From assembly GCA_002104905.1 (NCBI GenBank), contig MCFE01000097.1, positions 108,650-172,649 of the forward strand: a DNA stretch of 64,000 nucleotides, read 5' to 3'. How positions within the stretch are numbered: the first letter of the stretch is position 1; each line of letters starts with the position of its first letter. The notes beneath the pieces were generated by a model that was not told where the DNA came from, ran no database searches, and saw only the letters and a list, made by a program, of their open reading frames with translations. The position numbers and the translations under genes are program-made. Shown here piece by piece: positions 40,056 to 52,024 of this stretch. This stretch comes from Basidiobolus meristosporus CBS 931.73. Its lineage: Eukaryota; Fungi; Basidiobolomycota.

Positions 40056-40564
40056 ACATTGACTACCTGAATCCACGTAGTATTGTTTGTTATACAACAA
40101 CTACATCCCCGACAGAATAAACAAACTTTGCTCATAACTTTGGCAGACATGGTCATGGCATATTGCTATTTTAGGAAATAGTCGTCTCTGCAAGATAAAG
40201 ATTTGGCGATGCATGTCTTTGATAGAAATGGCAAGGGCTATATAAAAGAAGCACCTTGCTGTGCAACAAATGGCCGTCACATAATGGGGACTAGTGAAGA
40301 TGGCTATTTACCACCAAGGAAAATGTATGGAAGCAGACGCATCCTTTGTGGAGCTGTAATTTGTTCAAGTCAAAATACCGAGACATCTCATTGATTCAGC
40401 AAGTAGTGGGATTTATTTTGGTAGTTATTCAGTAGCCATATAAATATTTTAAATAATCGCATTTCGCCCAATTGGGACCTTTGGACACAAAGGCTGGACA
40501 TACATAATAGAGTACATAATGTTGATCAACATGCTTATGACAGGGGCTAATCAGAATTGCGCTT

Positions 40565-41344
40565 CTAACAGAACTGGATAGTATAATCGCCGGAGCATGT
40601 GAAAGTTGATGAAGAGTCATCGTACGCGTAGCTGTAGCAATCAGGACAGGCATCCTTGAATATTTTTGAGTAGGATGATGGCCCGCAAGTCTGTGGAGTG
40701 CTGTGTGCACCAGAGCAACAAAGCTCAGGAGTGCCAAGCGCAACGCACCCGGAGTTGCACCCGATAACTCTTCCTGTAGAATCCTTCTTTTGTAGCTCTG
40801 GTGGGCAGACTAGATTGATGTCATTTTTGATGGAAGGGGAGGTACATGTGTAAGCGGTCCCATTCTCAGATTTGGAATGAGGCTGAATAGTTATAGGAAG
40901 GTTGTAGCCGTCCACCAACGATATATCGTAAAAATCAAGGTTGCTATGACCGTTGAACTTAAATTCCGCTAGAGATGCTGGAGGCTGCCCAGTCGCCTTC
41001 CCGCAATATTCTTGACCAGATCCACAGTCTCCTGTAAGACAGGCTGTATTGGATGTTGTATTCTTAGCGCCAAAGTTACAATCAGTACGGCCCCAGAAGC
41101 GGCCCTGCCAGCCTGCTTCTACCGAGAGGACATGCGAGTTGCCAGCTGGTAAAAGACCGCCATTAGCTGGTAGTGAGGGCTCAGACGTTGTGGTCAAAGC
41201 AGCTAGCCATATATTGTGGGTGCAGCGGTTGACGAACGTAATGGCATGAGACCCTGGGGCAGTTTCAGCTAGCTCCACAGGTGCCAAGCTAACGGTATAG
41301 GCCGAGGCAAGCAGGTAAGCAACGATTTGGGAGAAATACACCAT
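40565..41344 (-). CDS. Secreted thaumatin-like protein
   Basis: Signal peptide; FVNRC..IW; GRFWGRTDC; CLTGDCG; PPASLAEF; DFYDISLVDGYNLP; CPDCYSYAYDD..TFTC; intronless. Confidence 0.95.
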   Translation of the reverse strand: MVYFSQIVAYLLASAYTVSLAPVELAETAPGSHAITFVNRCTHNIWLAALTTTSEPSLPANGGLLPAGNSHVLSVEAGWQGRFWGRTDCNFGAKNTTSNTACLTGDCGSGQEYCGKATGQPPASLAEFKFNGHSNLDFYDISLVDGYNLPITIQPHSKSENGTAYTCTSPSIKNDINLVCPPELQKKDSTGRVIGCNSGCVALGTPELCCSGAHSTPQTCGPSSYSKIFKDACPDCYSYAYDDSSSTFTCSGDYTIQFC

Positions 41345-44200
41345 TTTATAAAGCAGCGGAGATTGGTAGTTGCATATTCTGGAGACAAGCAGGGTACTTA
41401 TATATGCATGCGTCGTTAGTGTTGTTAGGGGAATTTCGATATTCCTCTACGCTCACCATCCTGTGTATGAGACCAGAGTACTAAACACTGCAAGATTGTC
41501 GACTCTATATTACAAGCATGAAAGTTATTTCTATTTGGTGTTTATCCATCTAAAAATATGCCTTCTCAAGCGGATCATACCTAGCGTACTTCTTTACTCC
41601 AACGCTATTTGGCATCAGCTTAAACCTCATTTAGCAACATGGTAACCTGAGGAGTGGACCTACCATTTATAGGTACAATCATTGACAATGATATCAACTA
41701 GCCTGGGGCATGAAGATCCAAGAGATGTAAAAATACTAAAATTAATGTTTCACTAAAAACACTAGATGATCGGCCGTTCTTGGGACGCAATATACCAATT
41801 TTCCATATTAGGGTGGAAATGAGGACGCTACTTATGTGAACTGTTGATAAAGTAGCGATGCAATGGTTTCTTGAGAACCTGTCTTTGTGATGTTACCAAT
41901 CGGGCACGCCAGGGTCTGATCCAGATGGCGATGATTAGTTTCCTAAATTTAACGGTAATCTGCAGCATTCTAGTACTCGGCGTAGGGTAAATTAATCTGT
42001 TGGTAGGGAAGCATTGGAACTGCTACGTTTGTGACAAAGAGTTCCTTCAGAGCTCAACATATCGTCGCATCCTGATTCTCTTCCGTTAGATGATGGGCTT
42101 CATTTATTAGTAAGTATGCCACACCATAGACTGGCCATTGAAATCAGTCATTTTTTACATACCTAGCAGTATATATTAAAGCGTGATTTAAGCTTTACAC
42201 TGGCGTTATGCTTACCATGTTGCTGCGAATATCTGACCGAAAACCTTATCTGGATGACCAAATTTGGTAGAATCTAATATCGGAATACTATATTGTTTCA
42301 TTTTATTTACTTGAAGGTGGGGTTGATTATCAGACAGCATTAGTAAAGTTTACTAAGAGCAATGTAGTGGCTCGATTAACCAATGGTCTAAAGACGACCC
42401 TTGCTTATACGGCGAATAATAATGATTTCGGATGATTGTAAATTCAATCCTGCAGTACACGATAAACGAAGAGCATTTTTTATTAGTTGCATCTAGGCTT
42501 CTGATAGTCTTGGAAAATTCTATCGTTTCAAAATTTCATCATACACAGCTAAATTAATTATTAATTATGAAATCACCACATTTTCCATCCCACCTCAACT
42601 TAGTAGCTTGGTGGATATAACATTACTGAGTGGTCTGGCCTTGATTTATACCGCTAAAACTCGAATGGACATTTGTGAGTAGAATTAATATTTACACCAC
42701 TACTCACTAACTCTATTATGAAACAGCTTGAAAAGTCGTAAATGTAAAGTATAGATAAGAGCATGAAGGGTCAGACTTTGCAGAATTGATAAAACCCCTG
42801 GCGATGCCAAAACACTGGTCAAACTTAATTTGATTTTTGGCCAAAAATGTTTGCTTCTTTTCTGCTTGATGACTACTTGTAGTCTAATCTGATTGCTATC
42901 GGGTATGGTTACTATTAACTCAAAGTGCGGTCTAAAGGAGCTTTTAGATACCTGGAGCACACCTCCACTAACCCATAAAATTGCTGAAGTCCTGAAAAAA
43001 CATGATTGCTCACATAGACTTATGATTTGTTGCAAGCTTTAGGAGGGTATCGGAGGAGACTTGGTGTGCCGGTAAGTTTGCATGACACTCACTTGCAGCT
43101 TGTTTGAGGTAAAAAAAAGCACTGACACTCTTGGGGGTCAAAATTGTATTATTAAAGCTGTGGAAGATGCCAGATACCCAAGTACAGTGCTTGGGGCATT
43201 TTGCCAAGTTTGAAGTCTTGATTAATCCTGAAGATTTAGCAATTATGACACAAATCAAACAATACGTCATAAATTCATAATTCAGCAATCAATTAAGAAA
43301 CTTCAGATGTATGGGCATTTCTACAGATTCTATGGCAGCTCTATTCAAAGTCAGCTGCAACTTGAAAGTGACTTTGATTTATAGAAAAGTGCAATTGCTA
43401 CTTTGAAGTTGAATAATTCGCAATATAGTTTGCATACTTCAAGACTAACTTCAGATTACTAATACACAGTTTGGAAACTTGAACAACATGTATCTGAAGT
43501 AATTACTTGACTTCCATAATATATGGAGTATAAGTGTATCTTGTAACTCCTCGGATTAGGTAATGAAATAATATACTTATAAGAAATTTTAACAAAACTG
43601 ATGATAAGTATACTTTGCAAAGAGCCTAAAGCCCAAGTACATGAAAATAATGGAGAATTGGCTACAAAATCATTTTGTTGACTTTTGCCAATTGCTTAAT
43701 AATTCTCAAAAAACGTTGGAAACGCATTCCATACAACAGGGTAGTGCGTCAAATAAATAACATGTCAGTGACTGTTGCTTTAAAGCTTGGCTACTGTAAA
43801 ATTTAACTTGTGAAACTGGTAATTTCCTGATTGCTGGTGTTCCTACATTGCCATTCCAGGCTTACGAGCAGGCTATATATACTAGAATACTCAATATAAC
43901 CCCAAACACGGCGATCTTGAAAGATACAACATCAATGTATGTCGGATTGTAACTGACTTCAGCATCTTGTGCTGAGGTTGTACATCGGGTGTTTTTCTGG
44001 GCGAATGAGACAATCGTATTGGGATACTAATTCTAATACTACATGACTTTTGTTGGAAATATTTCGTGAGGAATATTCCCTACTATACCGACTAATCGTG
44101 GGTCAACTTCGACAGTGGTTCAAGGAATCAGAGATTGGGTTGGAGTATGAACTACGAATCTCCAACAATTTCCCCATCTGATCTTAATTCAATGGGCTCT

Positions 44201-44220
44201 GGGTTTGGGTTAGGGTTAGG
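44201..44220 (+). repeat. Interstitial telomere-like tract GGGTTTGGGTTAGGGTTAGG
   Basis: Read directly; ~20 kb from the chromosome end and 37 bp past the catalase-like stop codon. Confidence 0.7.
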
Positions 44221-44257
44221 AACAACTGTGTTTATTGATTTTCTGGAAGTTCTTGTT

Positions 44258-45307
44258 TCATGGCTCTTGCCTGGGTACAGAGTTCATCCCATTCCTAACA
44301 CGACTAATGCGCTCGTAGACTATCTTGCGAGTGCGATTTAGCGAACCCAGAGGCCGGTGCTCTGGTAGCGAGTGCCAGGGATTGAAAGAGAGAGTCTCAC
44401 CAAGTTTGTTCAGCTCGGTTGTATCGAAATCCTGCTTAGGGATCACGATGGTGGCCACTTCATGGAATGGTGCCTGCTCCTGATCCCATTCGTTCATTGA
44501 GTCTTCGACGCTCATGCCATCAGTGGTTCTGGGTTGCACCATGAACTTCATGGTGACATCACCCTGCTGGAGAGTTGTGCGCATCGCCTCCCGCAGGAAA
44601 TTTGGGCCCGGATGGTCCGGCATATGGTCGACTACATCCGAACTGGGCTTGACGGAGAACTTGACAGCCTGTCTATCGGGACCAACCCCTAGCTGATAGG
44701 GGACGGCTGAGTAATACTGCGTCTGCAGTGGGTTGGATATCTTCCCGAGGTTAAGCTCTCTGGCAAGTAGGGTGCCCTTTAGTCCAAGCGTGAAGGGAAT
44801 GGTCAGTTTGGTCAGCAGATTGCCGCTTGCTTTCTGAATCAATGACAGATAAGTATGGGGATCGTTTAGCAAGAATACAGGGTGGTTGATCATGATGAAA
44901 TCCTGCGATGTGGCATCTCGATCGGTTTCCAAAAGCTTTTGTCCAGGGACGCCAAGCAACTTGATGGCCATTCCACGGCCATCATTGTGGTCATCAGATT
45001 GATTAGGGTCTCCAGAGCCATTCGAAAACCGAATCAGAGCTTGATAGACCTTACCAGGGATAAACACCCCTTTAGCCAATCCATCCGGGATTGACTGGTT
45101 GACTCGAAATTCTGCCTTTACGCAGCCAGTTGCCTTCGCGTGTACATCACGGAGAGCATTACCAGCTTGGTATTGTTCTCGGATGGTCTTTTCAATATGG
45201 TCGGCAATTTGTGTCGTGAGAGTAGCCTCGTCTGGATACAGCTTCTCGCCTAGACCCTCGTCTATTGTGGGAAAGGGTACATCATCCGTCTTGGTAGTAT
45301 TGTCCAT
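44258..45307 (-). CDS. Short heme catalase-like protein (bacterial-type catalase-related family)
   Basis: RDVHAK (distal His), IRFSN, RGMAIK, DFIMINHPVF, LSFNPWHSLPEHRPLGSLNRTRKIVY (RxxxY proximal Tyr); intronless. Confidence 0.9.
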   Translation of the reverse strand: MDNTTKTDDVPFPTIDEGLGEKLYPDEATLTTQIADHIEKTIREQYQAGNALRDVHAKATGCVKAEFRVNQSIPDGLAKGVFIPGKVYQALIRFSNGSGDPNQSDDHNDGRGMAIKLLGVPGQKLLETDRDATSQDFIMINHPVFLLNDPHTYLSLIQKASGNLLTKLTIPFTLGLKGTLLARELNLGKISNPLQTQYYSAVPYQLGVGPDRQAVKFSVKPSSDVVDHMPDHPGPNFLREAMRTTLQQGDVTMKFMVQPRTTDGMSVEDSMNEWDQEQAPFHEVATIVIPKQDFDTTELNKLGETLSFNPWHSLPEHRPLGSLNRTRKIVYERISRVRNGMNSVPRQEP

Positions 45308-46331
45308 GGCGCTTAATTGTCGATCTAGAATAGGTTGCGAGAAGAGGTTCTTCTCCAGGGAAGGTAGGATGTGAGTTTATAACTCGATCAGTAAAGTGGC
45401 CCGAGTTAGTCGTTAGCCCAATTAGAAACCACCAGGCTAGACTCAGTATACCAAAAATCAGTAGTCGTATGGCCACTAACCCGAGCCACAAACATACTTA
45501 AAACCTTGACAGCACTTTATGTTACGTGTCCATGTAGCAGATTGTTCAGAGGATCCATTCTGACAAACTGGTCGTTGATTTGACAAATGTTGGCCTACGT
45601 AACGCGTATTTTATTATAACATACTACTTCTACCGATGAATGGCTGGTGTTTGCGGGGGGTTATTGATTTGCACTCAACATGAAACATGGCTAAGCACCT
45701 TGATAAGTCATTGATACACATGCTGATATGCTGATTGCAAACGTGCACCCACTTCTACTATGTCGTGTCTCTATTGGCTTTATATTTCCACAGGCTTTAC
45801 CCTAATTGGTACGAAGTAGGAATATTGTCCGATTTGCTCGGATTGATCTCAGCTATTCTGCTTAGTTACATTTATTACTACACATCTAGATACGTAGAAA
45901 TACTCTTCAATTGATCCATTAGTGAATAACCTGGGGAAACTCAATTGCTGTGAGAAGAAACGGATTAAACTACCCAAATGCTCACCTGACCTGCGTCCAT
46001 CTTCCGGTGACGTAATAGAATTTGCAGACGGACAAGATATAAATGATCTGGTAGTGGGAATTACCATATACAAGGATTAAGAAAATAAGGAAAGAGTGAG
46101 GAAGCCAGCTAAATCTGGTTTCTATCTTGGAATCCAGATGACACATATCCACGCTCCTGATGGCATCGTGATAAATGTCGTGCAAAATCCGTGCTACCTC
46201 TTGGCAATTTATCATATGGTAGTACGCCAGTGTTGAATTCATCGATATAAACCCCTATATGACCTTCAAACCACAAAAAGTATTCAATTGTAATCACGTT
46301 TGGCTTTGCCTACCCAACAGTACAGTTTTCC

Positions 46332-46706
46332 ATGGAGGATATCACTCTCGTTATCCTGATTATCGCATTTGGCATTCCGTCATGCGCACTGGTCATTCTG
46401 TTATATTGTAAAAGTAAGCTCCATATTAAACTATTCATTCTGGTCATATGCTCATTATATATAGGTAAAGTGCAGAAACTGCCAGAACGCCCACAAATTC
46501 GCTGGCGTACCGTTCCTAACGAACGGAGTGAGACGCTTCCTGCATATGTTCCTTCCTCGATTGATTCTACCATTATCGAGCTGCCACCACCAACCTATCA
46601 CGATTGTAACGTTGGTTCACATCATGGTCACTGCCATACCTTTGATCATTTTGGGGGCCATAGCCATGGCGATTTTGGTGGGTGTTCTGGGGGAGGGGAT
46701 AGTTAG
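46332..46706 (+). CDS. Small single-pass membrane protein with PY-like motifs and His/Gly-rich tail (probably one intron)
   Basis: Hydrophobic N-terminus ITLVILIIAFGIPSCALVILLYC; LPAY and PPPTY motifs; tail HHGHCH..HSHG..GGGDS. Confidence 0.5.
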   Translation: MEDITLVILIIAFGIPSCALVILLYCKSKLHIKLFILVICSLYIGKVQKLPERPQIRWRTVPNERSETLPAYVPSSIDSTIIELPPPTYHDCNVGSHHGHCHTFDHFGGHSHGDFGGCSGGGDS

Positions 46707-48534
46707 TCGGATATCCATATTAACAAATTGTATACTGGTAAATAACATCTCTTCATAATTTATTGTAAACCAAGTAAAATACATATAAAGAATTCCATAT
46801 GTGGGAAATATGTCTTCTCTTCTAGTAGCTTGCTCTTCTCTTTGAGCATTTTGAGATTTCTCTGATATTGAGCATGATATTCAATAGGTTAGGGACTTGA
46901 TACTTGCGGTTTTTAAGCAGCCCTAGCAGCCGATCGTAACAATTACCATCTATACGTCTTACGCTCGGCTTTTATTGTTGTCTCCCTATGCCCATAAACG
47001 TGTTATTTATTTTTAGGAAACCACGAAATGAGCCGGAAGTTGCTGAGAGGATATCACTATACCTAGATATGAAACCAGGTTAGCCCTACGGCGTTTGGAG
47101 AAGCTTCTCCAACTCTTACCTACCTTGACTCTTGCTTACTATATTCCTGAAAGTGAACCTATCCTGCGGTGTGACTTTTGTGACCCCCCGACACAAGGCT
47201 GTTGGTAAATCCCGAAAGTAAAAAGTATGCACTATTTCTGCTGGTTCAGTATAATAATATCTCATAAAGGTTATTGGAGTGGCATTTCCATGGATCGCGA
47301 GAAGCACCGGGTCACTGACATTTTGAAGGGGATCGTTTATGCACACTAGGATTGGCTTTGATTGATTTCCATGATGTTACACACATATGCATTACCATCA
47401 TAATGGCCATTGTTCAACTAGTCTATATATACATAAGCCTTCCCCCCAGAAACATGACGAAAGTAGCAGCAAAACTTGGAGCCCCTCAGCTCCTCATATT
47501 GAACTTGTGGGCTCCACCTGTATATATTATGTAGCTCAATAATTACAGGATGTATAACCATTAGCTCGGGTTATGTAGTTGGAAATGTGAAGTGGCGATG
47601 TTTGCCGTGATTCATACATAGTCGATTGATTCAAACAGAAAATCCAGGGCGTGACACTCACAAGTACACAATCAATTAACCGTCAAAATTCGATTTAGGC
47701 TGAACAATTAGGAGTGTTTCCCCCCATTGAAACATACGGGAATTAAATCATCAACCTTAAATGGGTTTATCCTAATTGAGCAAATCATTTTCTCCAATTT
47801 CCATAATAAATTGTGTATCCATTATAGAACAGTTCTATGACATTACAGCCAAACCAGTTAGAAAGCTACGTCTGTTAGATAGGACGTGGTGTTTTTGTCA
47901 ATTAAATCACAATCACATGTTGATGTTCCATTGCCGGCATTATAGTCAGCGATACCAGAGAATTTAGGACATGAAAGTTCTATCACAGGCCTCAGGTTAG
48001 GTTACCACTTGTTTAACGGGAGTGGAAAATCAAATATGTTTCATTCATAGACAGAGTAGAAAAAACGTAACGATCAAGTGGGTTATGCCAATCGTGTGGA
48101 TGATTGTTTGTGCTACAAATATTAATAAAGAATTCAGTAATAATCTGAGATTGGACATCTATAGTGAGGCGAATTGGAGGTGGTTCACTTAATAGTTATG
48201 CTACACTAAAACGGAACATCTGATTATGCCGCTAGATCTAGCGCCAATTCCGCAACAAGGGCACTGGAGGCAGAACTCTCAGAAGCAACCATCTCTAGCC
48301 ATGCATTCCTAATTCCATTGAGGAAACACATACTTTCAGCTCACAGTCTTTATCAACGCTATGAATTGGCTTCGATATGGAATTCGAAAAATACAAATCT
48401 TCCGGAAAATTACTATATTATAATCTCCAAGTGAGGCTTAGTCTTGCTTTACGTAAGTTATCTACAAGAGTCAATATCAGCACAAAAACATACAAATCCT
48501 CCCCAAGGTATACTAGAGAATCTGTAATCGTAAT

Positions 48535-49899
48535 GGATGGCTAATCAAATAACCATGATATGTTATTATTTCCCATTGGGTTACGTGATATAGTTTAGCA
48601 AGCCAGAAATTAAACTCAAATTCCAATCTTGGGTACCCGACCAAACGGCGAGTTTTAGACCATCACATTTGACTATTTCAGTACAACATTGAATGACAAG
48701 AATGTTAAATGAGTAGGTTTCGCTGAAAAGATAACCCGATAATATCAATCGCAAGATGTGGCACTTTCTAGCAGCAATGATGCCCAGCCTTGGTTGTTAT
48801 GCCGCGTTCCGACAATACCTGGGGTTTCCAATTCCATCTCTGGGAAATCATTGAGCCATGCAAAATGAGTAGGTCTTGATATGTATAGCCCTAATTTCAA
48901 GGCTGACATATAAGTAATTTTCATGTCTGAAATACGAAAGACATACTTTGTCATGGGATATTGGAATTTAATGATCCTTAGATATAGAAGCCACAAAACT
49001 TAGTAGCCTCTGGGACTCTTGTGTGTTTTGCTTCAGTTGGCCTTATATGCTTCATTGGACACCACCAGACATATTCAAATCTCAATGTTAGAGATGATAT
49101 TAAGTACCTTTGATAATTACCGGGCCATCATTTTCTATATCGATGATTGAGCCTTCATTTGTGCTGTACAGAGGTGGTATGCGTTATGAATTAGTGATTT
49201 GAATCCTGTTATTCTGACAATTTAGAGCCACCAGGTGGTAATGTGAAAGCCCAGTTGACGATTTCTAATCCTCCCACATATATATAACGATCATGTATCA
49301 ATTAATCGTCAGTCCTGATTAGCTATACCGAATATTCAGGATTCATAAATATATCAAGCAATTAAATCATTACCTTGCCAAAATTAAATGCTCTGTCCTG
49401 ATTAAGTAGATTTGCATTTTCCAAAACAAAATTGCCTGCCGAAAATGGTCAATTTTACAGCAATACTGGAGTTCAGCTAGATGCAAAGTTTGATAGCTAG
49501 GTGAGGCTTTTTTGCCATACATACTATGCTTTAATGTCTATGATTTATCCATGGCCACCCCAGGATTCGATGAACAAAAGTCTTGCTGCATGCTTTCGAC
49601 GGTTCCCATGTTCAAATTTTGTTAAAAGTGAAAGTATTTTGAAAATAGATTACCAGTGAAAACACATTAATTGTCGTTGTCTATTCTAGACCAGTCACCT
49701 CACGGAAAAATATACTTCCAGCTCACCGGCGGAATTGGAAGAAGTTCTCTTATACCAGCGTCACAAATTCATTCCAGTATAGAAATTAATCAATACAAAT
49801 CTTCTGAAAAGTTTCTATATTGCTGTGTATGGGTGTATGTGTAAGGCCGACACGATAAGGTGCAAAAATAATATTAAGGGATGGCTAATCAAATAACCA
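48535..49899 (+). repeat. 21-bp exact direct repeat GGATGGCTAATCAAATAACCA at 48535-48555 and 49879-49899
   Basis: Read directly; copies 1344 bp apart in an ORF-free region. Confidence 0.75.
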
Positions 49900-50208
49900 A
49901 GATCCCTATGGTACGTTGTTCCAATTGAGTAGTAAGATAAAGGACAGTAAGTCAGAAAACTAACTTAAATCCCGGTTTTTGGCATCTTACCAAACGACAT
50001 GCCTTAGCTCCTCAAATGGTCATATGAAATAGCCTAACATTCTATGAGAATCATATCCAACTATTAATGTCAGTTCTACTGAAAATATAATCCGAAATTA
50101 CTAATTGAGGGAAGCGACATGTCTTGAGATCCCAGTTTGGTCGCAAGTTTCCATGTCTGAAGAGGTATAAATATACGGCTTTAGCCATTCACTCATGCAT
50201 ACATCAAA

Positions 50209-51363
50209 ATGAAAGGACCTTTCTCAGAGCTTTCGCATCCACGCGAGATCATTAGGAATTTCATTCCAGGATGGTTTGCAGTGAACATGGGAACAGGAAT
50301 TACTGGTATTGTAATTGCCAATTTCCCATTCCCATTTCGTGGCATGGTGGCCATCGGATCGATTTTCTTCATAGCAAACGTATGCATGTTCTGCCTATTT
50401 ACGCTACTATTTGTGGCGAGAATCGTAATGTTCCCTGAAACGATTCCTCCGTTGCTTAAACACAGCCAATGCCTAATGCTGAGTACCATTCCCATGGGGC
50501 TGACTACGTTGACAAACTACATTATTCTAGTTGTGGTTCCTACACATTCCTGGGCCTTGGAGCTAGCTTACGTCCTGTGGTGGATTGAGTTTGTCTTCAC
50601 ACTCTTCAGTATATTTGTTATTCCGTTCTATATGATGAGATTCCATCTTCTGAAAATTGAGATGGTGAACGGAGCTTGGCTTTTACCGTTGGTTCCAGCT
50701 GTGGTCACTGGGGCATCCGGCTGCTACCTGTCGCGCTACTTGGAGACTGAAGGGCACAGAGCCCTTATGATCTTGACACTGTCTAGCATCACTCTAGGCT
50801 GCGGGCTATCCTTGGCTCTTCCGGTGATTGGCATCTACTTCTACCGGCTAATAGCCCATGACTTCCCATCAGAGGATGTTATCATCACTGCCTTCCTGCC
50901 CGTTGGTCCACTAGGCCAAGGAACGTACGGCATCATCGAGATGGGCTGGGCTTGTCAGAAGGTGATAGGAGATAAATATGCTCCTGGGTTCGGCAACAGT
51001 GCCTTCACAGTGTGTGTCATCATTGCCTTTTTCCTGTGGGGCTATGGAATTTGGTACTTAAGCTTTGCCATAGCATCGATAGGCGTTAGGTGGCGAGCAA
51101 AAATCCCATTCAACATGGGATGGTGGGGACTTACATTCCCAATCGGAGTGCTCACAGCGGGAACCCTCAATATCGCTTTAGCAACAGAGTCTAGATTCTT
51201 CCTGGGGATCACATCCTTATTTGTATGCAGTTTGGTCTTGATCTGGTTTATGGTTGCATACAGGACCTTGCGTAGAGTCTATACAGGCCAGATATTCCGT
51301 GCACCTTGTCTCGAGACTACCCTCAAAAACGGTGATACTGAAATGCAGGCGTGCGCCCACTGA
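50209..51363 (+). CDS. TDT/SLAC1-family transporter (Ssu1 sulfite efflux / Mae1-like)
   Basis: PGWFAVNMGTGI, STIPMG, WLLPLVP, FLPVGPLGQG, FNMGWWGLTFPIG; about 10 hydrophobic segments; intronless. Confidence 0.9.
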   Translation: MKGPFSELSHPREIIRNFIPGWFAVNMGTGITGIVIANFPFPFRGMVAIGSIFFIANVCMFCLFTLLFVARIVMFPETIPPLLKHSQCLMLSTIPMGLTTLTNYIILVVVPTHSWALELAYVLWWIEFVFTLFSIFVIPFYMMRFHLLKIEMVNGAWLLPLVPAVVTGASGCYLSRYLETEGHRALMILTLSSITLGCGLSLALPVIGIYFYRLIAHDFPSEDVIITAFLPVGPLGQGTYGIIEMGWACQKVIGDKYAPGFGNSAFTVCVIIAFFLWGYGIWYLSFAIASIGVRWRAKIPFNMGWWGLTFPIGVLTAGTLNIALATESRFFLGITSLFVCSLVLIWFMVAYRTLRRVYTGQIFRAPCLETTLKNGDTEMQACAH

Positions 51364-51715
51364 TTCAATCGTTCCCTACCGAATCGTTGATGTATATCAT
51401 ATAGAATGTTACAATTCTTTTGTAAACTAGAGTATTCCGTATATACAAAACGGTTATTAAAGACTAATGACATCATATTTTTTTAACGATGACATTTCGC
51501 ACACATATGCCTCCTTCATTGGTATGAAGGTACCAATGAGTGACAATAATAGAAGCACCTAACGTTGCAAGAGTTTCAGTGGTATATTAAATATTATACC
51601 TAAACAGACCAGATATAATACACGCCGGCGGGGTAATCAAGTCAACAAGTGTATAAAAGACATGGTTCGTTTCTCCAGCATGCTCAAATCATCTACAACA
51701 AACCCCCGAAGCAAC

Positions 51716-52024
51716 ATGCATCTCTCCATCGCCTCCATTACCTTACTCATGGCCTCCGCCATAAGTATCACCTCTGCCCAAGACAAGCAAGTTACGTACG
51801 GCATCTGCACATGCTTCAACCCCAAATATGACGCCTCTTGCTGTATGGCCGCTAAAGGCTTCATGATGAATGACGGAAACGTGTGCGACACACCCGACAC
51901 AGGGGCATCTATCGACACTTTTCGAGCTTGCTGCACTCGCATCGGTGGCAAGACCAAATGCAAGTATGGCTACCGTGACCCTACACACTGGCCCCCAGAG
52001 GACACATATGGGTGCTCGGCTTAA
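51716..52024 (+). CDS. Small secreted cysteine-rich protein (102 aa, 9 Cys)
   Basis: Signal peptide MHLSIASITLLMASAISITSA; pattern CxC..CC..C..CC..C..C; TATAAA at 51653. Confidence 0.75.
   Translation: MHLSIASITLLMASAISITSAQDKQVTYGICTCFNPKYDASCCMAAKGFMMNDGNVCDTPDTGASIDTFRACCTRIGGKTKCKYGYRDPTHWPPEDTYGCSA

Noticed and set aside
42600-42670. A-box-like TAGCTTGGTGG suggesting a tRNA
   Set aside because: No B-box or cloverleaf.
43010-43800. CpG-poor AT-rich segment faintly like a decayed hAT transposase
   Set aside because: Similarity too weak to support without a search.
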